From assembly GCA_037441475.1 (NCBI GenBank), contig JBBISB010000001.1, positions 638,988-670,987 of the forward strand: DNA of 32,000 nt, given 5' to 3'. This stretch comes from Candidatus Iainarchaeum sp. Lineage in GTDB: Archaea; Iainarchaeota; Iainarchaeia; Iainarchaeales; CSSED10-239. The position numbers and the translations under genes were made by a program. The notes under the pieces are model-generated. The model saw only the letters and a list, made by a program, of their open reading frames with translations, was not told the DNA's origin and ran no database searches. Positions 17,191 to 26,291 of the stretch are shown piece by piece (positions within the stretch are counted from its first letter, which is position 1; every line of letters begins with the position of its first letter).

Positions 17191-19638
17191 ATGAATAAAA
17201 CTATTTATGTGGTGAAAAATATTATGAAAAATAAATATATATTATTAATTTTACTTTTAGTTCTTTTAGTACCAAACATCTTTGCATTGGTACCAAATGC
17301 AAATATGAAGATATTTGCTGTTGCTGGAGATAAAGGAGCACAAGATGCAACCCTTAACATAAAGATTGTTCCTGGTGCCGGAAAGATATTCTCTTCAATA
17401 GATGAATCAATAGTAGGTTCATCCACCCAAGAGTCTTTTAAAAATGCAATTTCTGTTGCAAATAAAAATATTGGAAACAACATACGTTCAAAGTATGATT
17501 TTACAGTTGATATTGAATCAAGTGCATACAGTATAGATGGGCCATCAGCAGGAGGAGCAATGGCTCTTTTAATAATTTCAATGTTTAAAGATACTCCAGT
17601 AAGTAATAAAGTAAGTATGACAGGAACAATTACAGCTGATGGTTATATAGGGGATGTTGGTGGAGTTTATCAAAAAACAAAAAAAGCAGCTGAAGTAGGT
17701 ATAAAGCTTTTCTTTGTTCCACAAGGTAACAGAACACAAGTTATTAATGAAGGTGGAAATATTCAGCAAATTGACCTTATTGAGTATGCTTACAAGGAAT
17801 GGGGACTTAAGATAATAGAAGTTTCAACCATGGATGAAATCTTAGCTTACGCTTTTAGAGACATTGATTCAATAGATATAAATACTACTCAAAAAGAAAA
17901 AGTTGATGATTTTATTTATACCTCTATAAGTTATTCAAAAGCAGTTGAACCTTTTAAAGATGTTACTTATAATTACATAAAACAAACTGATGAAAAGTTA
18001 GTTAATGTTAAAAAACACTTAGCTTCTTCAAGTATAAAAGATACTGAGGTTTTACAAAATCTATTATCTACCATAAACTATTCTGAAGAACTTTTAAATG
18101 TTGCAAACAAATATTATCAATACAATTATTTTTATTCTGCAGCAAACAATTCATTTTTAGCATATGTAAATGTTATTACTGTAGATGAGATTATAACAAA
18201 CCCATCCATCTTAGCAGACTCTTCAATAATCTTTAACTTAAGGATTAAAGAGCTTGAAGAAAAGATAACCTTAACTGAAAATAGATCCTACAACTGTTCT
18301 CTTGAAAACCTAGAGTGGTGTGTTGGTGCAAGACAAAGAGTTACATGGGCAAGAGATAAACTTGAAAAAATAAGTGTGACTTCCACTTCTAATAATTTTA
18401 CAAAAATACAAGATTATGCTTATGCTGTTGCATGGACAGATATTGCAAATAGTTTTTTAGACCTCTCAATTACAAAAACAAATATTTATTTTGTAGAGTC
18501 AGGATATTTTAAAAAACAAGCACAAGATAATATAATCTCTGTTGAAAATCAATTGATATTAGTTGCACCAGAAATAGCAACTAGTGAAGACTTAAGAAGA
18601 AGACTTGATGCTGCTAAAAGAAACTATGATAGAGAATGGTATGTGACCTCTCTTTATGATTCAGCAACTGCTTTAGCTGTTATAAAAACACAAGAGGAAA
18701 ATAAAAATACAATTTCAACAACAGCATTTACTGCAAAGTATGATCTTTTAGCCTCAAAGTTAAGATCTCAAGCAGCAATGAATAATGAAAATAATGTTTG
18801 GTCAAAGACTTTCTTAGACCATGCCATCTATTATTATAATGCATATAATGAAAATAAAATGAAAGATGAAGAAAAAGCAAAATCAAATATGAATGTTTCA
18901 AACTCAATCTTAAATTTTTCAAACTACTTATATGATGTTGAGACTTTAGTTTTAGATTATTACCTTAATACAGATATTGATGCTTTAATAGTTGATATTA
19001 CAAGTTCAACAGAAGGTTCAGTTATAATTGTTAATAAAAATAATGAACCTATAAAACAAGTTTCTTCACAGAATGTATATGTTTACAGTAAAGAAAGAAA
19101 AGACTTTAATCTTTATTTAATTGTTGCAGCTTTGTTCTTAATGATTGTAGCTATTATTGTTGAGGTTGAAAGGTTTAAAAGATACCATTCAAAGGAAGGA
19201 ATAATAAAGCAAATAGGTTACTTAGATGAAAAGCTTCTTGATGGAAAGATTAGTTCTTTTACCTATAAGGAAATGAGAGAGAAGTATCTTTTAGAGCTTG
19301 AAAAAATAAAATCTAAAGAAGCATCTAAAAAGAAAGAGTTAAAGAAAACAGAAGATGTTTTAACCTCTGCAGATGAACTTGAAAAAAGAGTAATTGATAA
19401 ACAAATAGAGGAACTTGAAAGAAGAAGAAAAGAAATTTCTCTTAGAGGAAAAAGTGAATCTATTAAGAGTGTTAAAGAGATTGTTTCAAACATCAAGCCT
19501 ACAGTTAAGGAAGATGTTAAAAAACAAGAAACTTTTAAAAAACCTTCTTTAAAAAAAGAAACTTCTTCTAAAAAAGAAGAAATTAAAAAAAAAGAAACTA
19601 AAAAGAAAAAGGATCTTTCAATTAAGAAAGGTCTTTAA
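17191..19638 (+). CDS. membrane-anchored Lon-like (S16) serine protease domain protein without an AAA+ module
   Basis: Signal-peptide-like MKNKYILLILLLVLLVPNIFA (probable start 17224). S16 catalytic motifs IDGPSAGGAMALL (Ser) and GDVGGVYQKTKKAAEVG (Lys). About 450-aa helical region, one TM helix (LYLIVAALFLMIVAIIVEV), and a ~160-aa Lys/Glu-rich tail. Confidence 0.7.
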   Translation: MNKTIYVVKNIMKNKYILLILLLVLLVPNIFALVPNANMKIFAVAGDKGAQDATLNIKIVPGAGKIFSSIDESIVGSSTQESFKNAISVANKNIGNNIRSKYDFTVDIESSAYSIDGPSAGGAMALLIISMFKDTPVSNKVSMTGTITADGYIGDVGGVYQKTKKAAEVGIKLFFVPQGNRTQVINEGGNIQQIDLIEYAYKEWGLKIIEVSTMDEILAYAFRDIDSIDINTTQKEKVDDFIYTSISYSKAVEPFKDVTYNYIKQTDEKLVNVKKHLASSSIKDTEVLQNLLSTINYSEELLNVANKYYQYNYFYSAANNSFLAYVNVITVDEIITNPSILADSSIIFNLRIKELEEKITLTENRSYNCSLENLEWCVGARQRVTWARDKLEKISVTSTSNNFTKIQDYAYAVAWTDIANSFLDLSITKTNIYFVESGYFKKQAQDNIISVENQLILVAPEIATSEDLRRRLDAAKRNYDREWYVTSLYDSATALAVIKTQEENKNTISTTAFTAKYDLLASKLRSQAAMNNENNVWSKTFLDHAIYYYNAYNENKMKDEEKAKSNMNVSNSILNFSNYLYDVETLVLDYYLNTDIDALIVDITSSTEGSVIIVNKNNEPIKQVSSQNVYVYSKERKDFNLYLIVAALFLMIVAIIVEVERFKRYHSKEGIIKQIGYLDEKLLDGKISSFTYKEMREKYLLELEKIKSKEASKKKELKKTEDVLTSADELEKRVIDKQIEELERRRKEISLRGKSESIKSVKEIVSNIKPTVKEDVKKQETFKKPSLKKETSSKKEEIKKKETKKKKDLSIKKGL

Positions 19639-20681
19639 TTTTTTTTAATTTTTAAATCCATTACAATCTGTACAGTTGTTGCAGAGAAGCTTCTAATTAC
19701 CTTTTTATAGATAATCTCTATTTTACATTTATTTTTATTTTCTTTTTCTCTTATAATCTTTGTAATATCTTCAAATGGATTGTTTTTAGGTACAAAGTTA
19801 TAGATATGTATTATTCCATTATTCTTTATTGAAAAGATTGCATCATCTAAAAAGTCTTCAGCTGATTTTGGAAGTGGCATTGGTATCCTATCAAAGTAAT
19901 CTGGATACTGTTTAGAGACTTCTTTAACATCCCCTTCTATTCCATTAATGGTTTTTTCCATTTTATTAAATATTATGTTTTCTTTAAGGTATTTTGCTCC
20001 TAATGGGTTAAGCTCAATTGCAATTACCTCCTTTGGTTTTGCAAGCTTTGTTATCTGTATAGCAAAAGGTCCTACTCCTGCAAAGAAAACTCCAACCACT
20101 TCATTTTTTTTAACAAGGGAAGCTATTCTTTTTCTCTCTGTTGAAAGTCTTGAAGAATAGAACACTTTTTCTACATCTGTTTTAAGGAAACAACCGTTTT
20201 CCTGCACCATTGTTTCTTTACTGTTTTCTCCATAAACATAAGTTAAATCTTGGGTTCTAAAGGTTCCGTGATGTTCTTTTTCCTTATTAAGTATGGTTTT
20301 TATGCGTGGGTGTAAGGATATAAGTGCTTTTCCAATCTCTTTACTATATTTCTTTATTACTTCCTTATCGTCAATATTAATTATTAAGATATCTCCAACA
20401 ATATCATAAGAGGTTGGAAGTTTCTCTTTTATCTCTTTAGGTATTTTTTCTGAAAGTAGGTCTTTATACCCTAAGCCAATTTCTTTTTGTTTTTCTGGTT
20501 TTTTAATATCTATTTTTTCAAAGTTTTTTAAACTTTCAGTTATTTTTTTTACAGGTATGATTAAATGTTCTTTTTCTTTAATCACCTTATACTTTGAATT
20601 AAAGTTATTCTCTTCTTTTATCTTTGTGATTATTTCTTGTGCTTTTTTGTTTACAACTTTAATTCCTATTATTTTTTCCAT
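19635..20681 (-). CDS. trm5: tRNA (guanine37-N1)-methyltransferase Trm5 / Met-10+ family
   Basis: 348 aa. YDIVGDILIINI, SAM-binding VVGVFFAGVGPFAIQ, IAIELNP and the catalytic-region MPLP are typical of the Trm5/Taw22 family. Confidence 0.8.
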   Translation of the reverse strand: MEKIIGIKVVNKKAQEIITKIKEENNFNSKYKVIKEKEHLIIPVKKITESLKNFEKIDIKKPEKQKEIGLGYKDLLSEKIPKEIKEKLPTSYDIVGDILIINIDDKEVIKKYSKEIGKALISLHPRIKTILNKEKEHHGTFRTQDLTYVYGENSKETMVQENGCFLKTDVEKVFYSSRLSTERKRIASLVKKNEVVGVFFAGVGPFAIQITKLAKPKEVIAIELNPLGAKYLKENIIFNKMEKTINGIEGDVKEVSKQYPDYFDRIPMPLPKSAEDFLDDAIFSIKNNGIIHIYNFVPKNNPFEDITKIIREKENKNKCKIEIIYKKVIRSFSATTVQIVMDLKIKKN

Positions 20682-20697
20682 AACTGTATTTTCTCTT

Positions 20698-21072
20698 TTA
20701 TATATATTTTACTTTTCTTCTCTCTAAAAGATCTTCAGGAGAGATACTGTAGTTAAGGTCATCTATTTTATTTGTAATGTCTTTTATAATTTCTTTTTTT
20801 ATTTCAAGGATATCTTTCTTTGTACATACTTTATTAAAAGTAATTTCAATTATTTTAAAGTTAATGGTTTTGGTTAAGGTGTAAAAAACATAACAAGTAG
20901 TTTTTTTAATTTTTTTAATATCTTCGTCTTGAATTTCAAGAATAATTTTCATTTTTTCTGTGTTTTTAAGGGTTATGTAATACTTTTCTTTAGTTTTAAG
21001 TAGAAATTTCTTATATTCCTTTTCAGAAATTTCAAACCTTGTAAACCCACCAAGCTTATATTCTTTACTCAT
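20698..21072 (-). CDS. hypothetical protein
   Basis: 124-aa ORF downstream of trm5 on the same strand. No motif recognised. Confidence 0.4.
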   Translation of the reverse strand: MSKEYKLGGFTRFEISEKEYKKFLLKTKEKYYITLKNTEKMKIILEIQDEDIKKIKKTTCYVFYTLTKTINFKIIEITFNKVCTKKDILEIKKEIIKDITNKIDDLNYSISPEDLLERRKVKYI

Positions 21073-21263
21073 TTTATTCCTCTCTTTTAGTATGTATATA
21101 TAAAAGAAGAATAGATTTTTATTCTATTCTGTTCTATAATAATATATATGAGTAAAACTAGATTAATTATAAGCGTTGTATCTGCATCTTTTTTACTATC
21201 TGTAATTCCTGCAAAAAAGATGATTGATAGTAACATAAAAAAAGCTTTTCAAAAGAAGCAACA

Positions 21264-21701
21264 GTGAATCATTTTTTAAATGACTTTCCTTTTAAGCTTA
21301 CTCCTGAAAACGAAAAAAAAGCAAATGAAGTTATTTTAAGACTTTATAAGGATAAAGAAGTTTTTACAAAAGTATTTGTTTATTCAATGTTCCATGATCA
21401 ATCTAGAGAGAAGATACTTGAGATGATGAAAGGAAATTTATCGACCTCTTCACTTGATAGTGCAACAAAACTACTTAACTTACAAAAAGAAAGATTTTCT
21501 TTACTTGTAAAGGATTTAGTTAAAAACCCTCAGACTGCAAGAAACTTAGATACTTTATTTAATGTTTTTTCTACAAATCGTTCTTTTAGAGATAAATTTA
21601 CTTTAGATTTATTTCAGACTCAACTTAAAAAAATCCACTTTATCTTGTTGATAAAGGCTTTTTACTTAAGAAAAAACCAAAGATTAATCTTTCAAATATA
21701 G
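21264..21701 (+). CDS. hypothetical protein; central fragment of a probable frameshift-disrupted secreted-protein gene (composite 21148..21847)
   Basis: GTG-started track ORF. An upstream ATG ORF (21148-21267, MSKTRLIISVVSASFLLSVIPAKK...) and a downstream open frame (21629-21847, ...NPLYLVDKGFLLKKKPKINLSNIVYEHRNRVQGFNQLHQRDL...RRRQGR*) join to it by -1 shifts at A7 runs. Confidence 0.4.
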   Translation: MNHFLNDFPFKLTPENEKKANEVILRLYKDKEVFTKVFVYSMFHDQSREKILEMMKGNLSTSSLDSATKLLNLQKERFSLLVKDLVKNPQTARNLDTLFNVFSTNRSFRDKFTLDLFQTQLKKIHFILLIKAFYLRKNQRLIFQI

Positions 21702-21859
21702 TTTATGAGCATAGAAACAGGGTACAGGGTTTTAATCAATTACACCAAAGAGATCTTAACTCTAAATTAATACCTAGACTTCCAATTAAAAAACTAGATT
21801 CAATTCCACAAAAAAAGCCTGAGATTAGAAGAAGACAAGGAAGATAGAGGAAATTATAG

Positions 21860-22717
21860 ATGTCTTTTATAATTTTACAAAAGACAATAGAGCTATTTTC
21901 AAGGTTTAATCTTCTTGAAAATGGTTATAATTTTTTAAACACAATAACTTACTCTATTATAGGGGTTATGGTTTATTTTTTGGTTCTTTATCCTTATGTT
22001 CTTTTAAGGAAAATAAAGGTTAGTTTAAGGTTTGTTTATTCTGTTTTTATTTTTGTTATCTTAGGTGCTATCCTAAGAATGTTTACAATGCAGGAAACTG
22101 TCTTTGCAGGTTTAATAACAGCTTCTAAAAATCCCTTTTCCTTAGGCTTCTATCTTTATTACCCTCATCTCTTTTTATTTCTTGCTCTTCTTTTTTTAAT
22201 AGTTTTTGAACTTTCTTTGTTTCTTTCAAAGCTAATAAATAAAGATAAGGAAATGGTTTTACTTATTTTTTCTTTAATAGTCTTATTTCCTTTCCTCTTA
22301 TTACTTTTAATTAACCTCCTTAATTGGTTTTTATTTTTCCTGATTCTTTTCTTTGTAAGTGTAATTTTCTTTTTAATCTATTATTTATTTTATTTTTTAA
22401 AAATTAATCTTTTAAAAAACAAAGTTTCTTCTTTAGCTTTCTTTTCTCAAGTTCTGGATTCTTTTACAACCTTTTTTTCTGTAGTTTTCTTAAAGGATGT
22501 TTTCTCAGAAGCACATGTCTTTTCTCGTCTAGTAGTTTCCATAAGCCCTTTTCTTTTTATTTTCATAAAAATAGTTCTTTGTTTATTGTTACTTTACTTG
22601 ATTGATAGGTATGTAAAAGAGGTATCTTTAAACAACTATTTTAAGCTGTTTATAATAATTATTGGTTTTTCAACAGGGCTTAGAAATCTTTTCCTGATTT
22701 CTTTAGCTTTTATATAA
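21860..22717 (+). CDS. polytopic integral membrane protein, unknown function
   Basis: 285 aa with about 7-8 hydrophobic helices, rich in Leu/Phe. Family cannot be assigned by eye. Confidence 0.5.
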   Translation: MSFIILQKTIELFSRFNLLENGYNFLNTITYSIIGVMVYFLVLYPYVLLRKIKVSLRFVYSVFIFVILGAILRMFTMQETVFAGLITASKNPFSLGFYLYYPHLFLFLALLFLIVFELSLFLSKLINKDKEMVLLIFSLIVLFPFLLLLLINLLNWFLFFLILFFVSVIFFLIYYLFYFLKINLLKNKVSSLAFFSQVLDSFTTFFSVVFLKDVFSEAHVFSRLVVSISPFLFIFIKIVLCLLLLYLIDRYVKEVSLNNYFKLFIIIIGFSTGLRNLFLISLAFI

Positions 22718-22794
22718 AAAAATAGGTTTAAATATATTTATGTTCCTAATTATTTAGTACTAATTTTATGTTATCAAAAAAATATTAGTAATTT

Positions 22795-22867
22795 GCCTCG
22801 GTAGCTTAGTGGTTGGAGCGATCGGCTGTTAACCGATAGGTCGTAGGTTCAAATCCTACCCGAGGCG
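22795..22867 (+). tRNA. tRNA-Asn (anticodon GTT)
   Basis: Cloverleaf: acceptor GCCTCGG/CCGAGGC, D arm GCTT-AGTGGTTG-GAGC, anticodon arm ATCGG-CTGTTAA-CCGAT, T arm GTAGG-TTCAAAT-CCTAC, discriminator G. No encoded CCA. Confidence 0.9.
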
Positions 22868-22877
22868 CTTTTTATTT

Positions 22878-23318
22878 CTAATTATTAAAAGCAATTTTTT
22901 TATGCATATAGTATTTAACAAAGAAAATTACCATAACTGTTATTATCTTTGAAAAGATATACCATACCCCTAGATACTCTGTTAATATCTTTACAAAAAT
23001 AACATGCATACAAAGATCAATTACCGAGATTATTAAAAAATCAATAAACTTATGAGTAGATGTCTTTATCTTATTCTCTTTAAAAGTGTATTTTTTATTT
23101 CCAAAGAAGGCAATAAGCATCCCTACAAGATATGATAGTTTAACTGACAATAAATAGAATATACCAATAAACTCTGTTAATACATATAAAGAAACTATAT
23201 CTGCTATGGTTGCTATTACTGAAAAGAAAGAATATTTTCCAATAGTCCTTACTCTTTTAAAGATAGGGCTTATCTTTTCAAGAAAATCAAATAGTTTATC
23301 AAGATAATTACTTTTCAT
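22878..23318 (-). CDS. GtrA-family membrane protein (putative lipid-linked sugar translocation component)
   Basis: 146 aa with four TM helices. The FFSVIATIADIVSLYVLTE...FFGNKKYTF pattern is typical of GtrA-like proteins. Confidence 0.65.
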   Translation of the reverse strand: MKSNYLDKLFDFLEKISPIFKRVRTIGKYSFFSVIATIADIVSLYVLTEFIGIFYLLSVKLSYLVGMLIAFFGNKKYTFKENKIKTSTHKFIDFLIISVIDLCMHVIFVKILTEYLGVWYIFSKIITVMVIFFVKYYMHKKIAFNN

Positions 23319-23400
23319 TTATAAATCAGTCTGCTTTATATTTATTTTGAAAGTTAAATATATATATAACAACTTAAATGTTTATAAATATTGATTTTTA

Positions 23401-24141
23401 ATGTATAATAATAAAAAAGTAATAATTGTGTTTCCTGCATACAATGCACAAACAACTTTAGAAAAAACAGTTAAGGACATCCCTAAAGAGTATGTGGATG
23501 AAATGATACTGGTTGATGACTTTTCAACAGATAACACTGTTTCTCTTTCTAAACAATTAGGTCTTACCACTATAAAGCACACTAAAAACAAAGGGTATGG
23601 TGCAAATCAAAAGACTTGTTATAAAGAAGCTTTAAAAAGAGGGGCTGATGTTATTATAATGATACACCCAGACTACCAGTATGATCCTAGGATACTAAAT
23701 AAAATGATTATCCCTATTGCTGAAGGAAAGGTTGATGCTGTCTTTGCTTCAAGGTTTTTAAACAAAAAAGATCCTTTGAAAGGTGGTATGCCTTACTATA
23801 AGTATCTAGGAAACAGATTTTTAACATTTTTTGAAAACTTTATACTTCAAACTTCCTTAAGTGAGTTTCATACAGGATATCGTTCATTTTCAAAAGAGGT
23901 TTTAAAAGATCTACCTTTAAATAAAAACTCAGATAATTTTGTTTTTGATACTCAGATAATCATACAGATGGTTTTAAGAAAATATAAAATAAAAGAAGTT
24001 GCTGTTGAGACAAGGTATTTTCCAGAGGCCTCTTCAATTAATTTAAAGGCATCAATTGTTTATGGGCTTTCAATCTTAAGAGAGCTTGTAAAGTATCTTT
24101 TAACAAAATGGAGAATTAAAAGATATTCTCTTTATTCTTAA
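23401..24141 (+). CDS. family 2 glycosyltransferase, polyprenyl/dolichyl-phosphate sugar synthase-like (GtrB/DPM1-like)
   Basis: VIIVFPAYNAQTTLEKTV...ILVDDFSTDNT...GYGANQK...DADV-type GT-A/GT2 signature. 246 aa and soluble. Confidence 0.8.
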   Translation: MYNNKKVIIVFPAYNAQTTLEKTVKDIPKEYVDEMILVDDFSTDNTVSLSKQLGLTTIKHTKNKGYGANQKTCYKEALKRGADVIIMIHPDYQYDPRILNKMIIPIAEGKVDAVFASRFLNKKDPLKGGMPYYKYLGNRFLTFFENFILQTSLSEFHTGYRSFSKEVLKDLPLNKNSDNFVFDTQIIIQMVLRKYKIKEVAVETRYFPEASSINLKASIVYGLSILRELVKYLLTKWRIKRYSLYS

Positions 24142-25586
24142 TTTAGTTTATAGATATACTGTTTTGTGTTATTAAAAGAATCTGTGTAAACAAGAGTGTA
24201 TTTTTCAGAAAGTAGATCTTTAAACAAACCTAGTTTTTCAAAGCACTCTATATCTTCTTCTCTCCAACACTCTAAGTTTCTTTCTTCATAGAAAATATAT
24301 TTTAAAGGTTGGTTTTGTGTAGTTACACTATAGGCATAGAAAGGTCCTGAAAGATAGATTATTTTACTTTTTTCATTGTACACGCCATACAATGGATTAT
24401 CAACAGCTATAAGCCCTGAAAAGTCATTATCTGTTCTTTGAATATATGTGTAATACTCTTCTATCTCTTGAAACTTGGTGTGTTTATTGTTGTTTACTTG
24501 TTCATTGATTGCCATTGAAAAATTAAATACTAAAACCATAACTAATATTATTTCTATTATGGTTATTAGTCTCTTATAGTTTACTTTTTCAATAACCTCC
24601 ATAATACCAAAACCACCTAAGATAACAAAGAAAGGTAAGGCACTAAAGAAATATCTTGCCTCATAATGTACAAGGCTTGAGATGTATATGTAATAAAGTA
24701 AAGCTATTGTTAATGGAACTAATAATTTATTTTCTAAAAATAACCTTCTTGTCTTTTTAAAAAGAATACCCATTAAAAAAGCTAAGATAACAAACACTAA
24801 TAAAAAGTTTTGAGAGAATAGATATTTTAAATAATAAATAAAACCATTTGTTACAAGATCATACGAGTTTGCAGCAACCATCTGAGAGGCATGTGTAAAT
24901 GGTATTATTATCTTTTGAAAGAAAGGTAAGGTTATTTTTTTAAGTAAAAAATAATTAATTAAAATAAAAGGAATAACAAGTAAAGAAAAACCTACCCCAT
25001 AGTTAAAGATATTTTTAATATTTTTAAATCTTCTTTCCTTTATCAGTTCAATAAGTAAAAATACTCCAAGTATACCAAAGACAAGTCCTGAAGGGTACCT
25101 GAAAAGAAAAGCAAGAGATAGAATAACCCCTGATAGAAAATATCTTTTTTTAGTAAAGAAATAATAACCCATAATGGATAGAGCTGCCCCTGGAATCTCA
25201 GTTAAAAGTCTGTTTGTAAACACCACTATTGAAGATAAGGAGGCAAACAAGAGGGTGGTTATAACCCCACTTCCTTTCTTTATATCCTCTGATATTTTAT
25301 ATAGATAAAATAAACCTAAAATAAAGATTAAACCTAAGAGAATCTTTGTAAAAATAACCTCATTTACACCAATAAACCAAAATAAACCAATTAAGAGACT
25401 AAGTATGGGTGGTCTTTGGTATTCATAGGTTGAAACCTCTCCTGCTGAAAATAAAAACTTTCCATTATTTGTATAAACAGCTTCATCCCAGTATGGCATG
25501 TAGTTTATCACTGCATAGGTTATGGTTAATATAAATATTAGGATAAGTACTAAATTTATCTTTTTAAAGAGCTTTTCTTTTAACAT
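24138..25586 (-). CDS. GT-C fold membrane glycosyltransferase (GT39/GT83, ArnT/PMT-like)
   Basis: 482 aa with 10 or more TM helices. First-loop acidic motif YWDEAVY followed by RPPILSLLIG, as in the ArnT/PMT family. Confidence 0.7.
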   Translation of the reverse strand: MLKEKLFKKINLVLILIFILTITYAVINYMPYWDEAVYTNNGKFLFSAGEVSTYEYQRPPILSLLIGLFWFIGVNEVIFTKILLGLIFILGLFYLYKISEDIKKGSGVITTLLFASLSSIVVFTNRLLTEIPGAALSIMGYYFFTKKRYFLSGVILSLAFLFRYPSGLVFGILGVFLLIELIKERRFKNIKNIFNYGVGFSLLVIPFILINYFLLKKITLPFFQKIIIPFTHASQMVAANSYDLVTNGFIYYLKYLFSQNFLLVFVILAFLMGILFKKTRRLFLENKLLVPLTIALLYYIYISSLVHYEARYFFSALPFFVILGGFGIMEVIEKVNYKRLITIIEIILVMVLVFNFSMAINEQVNNNKHTKFQEIEEYYTYIQRTDNDFSGLIAVDNPLYGVYNEKSKIIYLSGPFYAYSVTTQNQPLKYIFYEERNLECWREEDIECFEKLGLFKDLLSEKYTLVYTDSFNNTKQYIYKLN

Positions 25587-25713
25587 GTTTTTTCTTTTTT
25601 TTTAAAATGTATTTTTTCTTTAAAATATATCTATATCTATATATTTTTATATATTTCTTATCATCAAATATATATAATTATCAGAAATATATGATGTTTA
25701 TTAAGAAGATGAA

Positions 25714-25896
25714 ATGTTTATGAAAGATAATAAATTAATTGGGACTATTGGTATCTTTATTTTTTTATTTTTATTATTTGTAAGTATCTTTTCTTCATTA
25801 TTTTTTTTAATATATACAATACCAGTCCTAATAATTAGTTTATATATTTTATTTAATAATAAGGAAGACAAAATAGAACAAATTAAAAAAAGGTGA
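25714..25896 (+). CDS. small two-TM membrane protein
   Basis: 60 aa with two hydrophobic helices. Overlaps or abuts the ybjQ-like gene. Confidence 0.35.
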   Translation: MFMKDNKLIGTIGIFIFLFLLFVSIFSSLFFLIYTIPVLIISLYILFNNKEDKIEQIKKR

Positions 25897-25904
25897 AATG
25901 GTTT

Positions 25905-26231
25905 ATGGTAAAAAAAATAATTGTAACAACTGGTCTTGAAATACCAAAAAGAGAAATTGTAGAAATCTTAGGCTTAGTTAAAGGAAATACAGTAAGAGCA
26001 AGAAACATAGGTAGAGATATTGGAGCTGGTCTTAGAAACTTAGTTGGTGGAGAGGTTAAGACCTACACTGAAATGACAATTCAAGCAAGGGAAGAAGCTT
26101 ACAATAGAATGGTAAATGAAGCAATTGATTTAAAGGCAGATGCAATTATTGGTGTTAGTTTTTCAACATCCATGGTTATGCAAGGAGCATCAGAAATGCT
26201 TGCTTATGGAACTGCTGTTAAATTAAAGTAG
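25905..26231 (+). CDS. YbjQ/UPF0145 family protein
   Basis: MVKKIIVTTGLEIPKREIVEILGLVKGNTVRARNIGRDIGAGLRNLVGGEVKTYTEM...ADAIIGV is a classic UPF0145 sequence. The AGGTGA SD favours ATG 25905 over the track GTG 25893. Confidence 0.8.
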   Translation: MVKKIIVTTGLEIPKREIVEILGLVKGNTVRARNIGRDIGAGLRNLVGGEVKTYTEMTIQAREEAYNRMVNEAIDLKADAIIGVSFSTSMVMQGASEMLAYGTAVKLK

Positions 26232-26291
26232 TTTTTAATATCTTGCTTGTTTACAAAAAACATTTTTAAAAAAATAAAACGTGAAATTAAT

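Noticed and set aside
19635-19638. A 4-nt overlap of the convergent S16 protease and trm5 genes on a shared TTAA
   Set aside because: It is real in the sequence: the TAA stops of both strands share the palindrome. It is a trivial consequence of compact AT-rich genomes and not a functional signal I can support.
16915-20160. Track ORFs 16915..17115, 17205..17483, 17578..17769, 18728..18922, 19263..19496 (minus strand) and 19948..20160 (plus strand)
   Set aside because: All are embedded antisense in longer ORFs that carry clear family motifs (ScpB, the S16 protease, Trm5), and all have low-complexity translations.
23382-23591. Track ORF 23382..23591 on the minus strand
   Set aside because: It is antisense to the 5' end of the GT2 glycosyltransferase, which has a strong family signature.
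26247-26291. Upstream-extended start codons in the ORF track (TTG 26247 for tyrS, GTG 25893 for ybjQ-like, GTG 27357 for MNT, ATG 9891, ATG 17191)
   Set aside because: The extensions add residues not expected from family N-termini. They also overlap a Shine-Dalgarno-like sequence or the operator palindrome. The internal ATGs at 26292, 25905, 27378, 9903 and 17224 fit better, but this cannot be proven from sequence alone.
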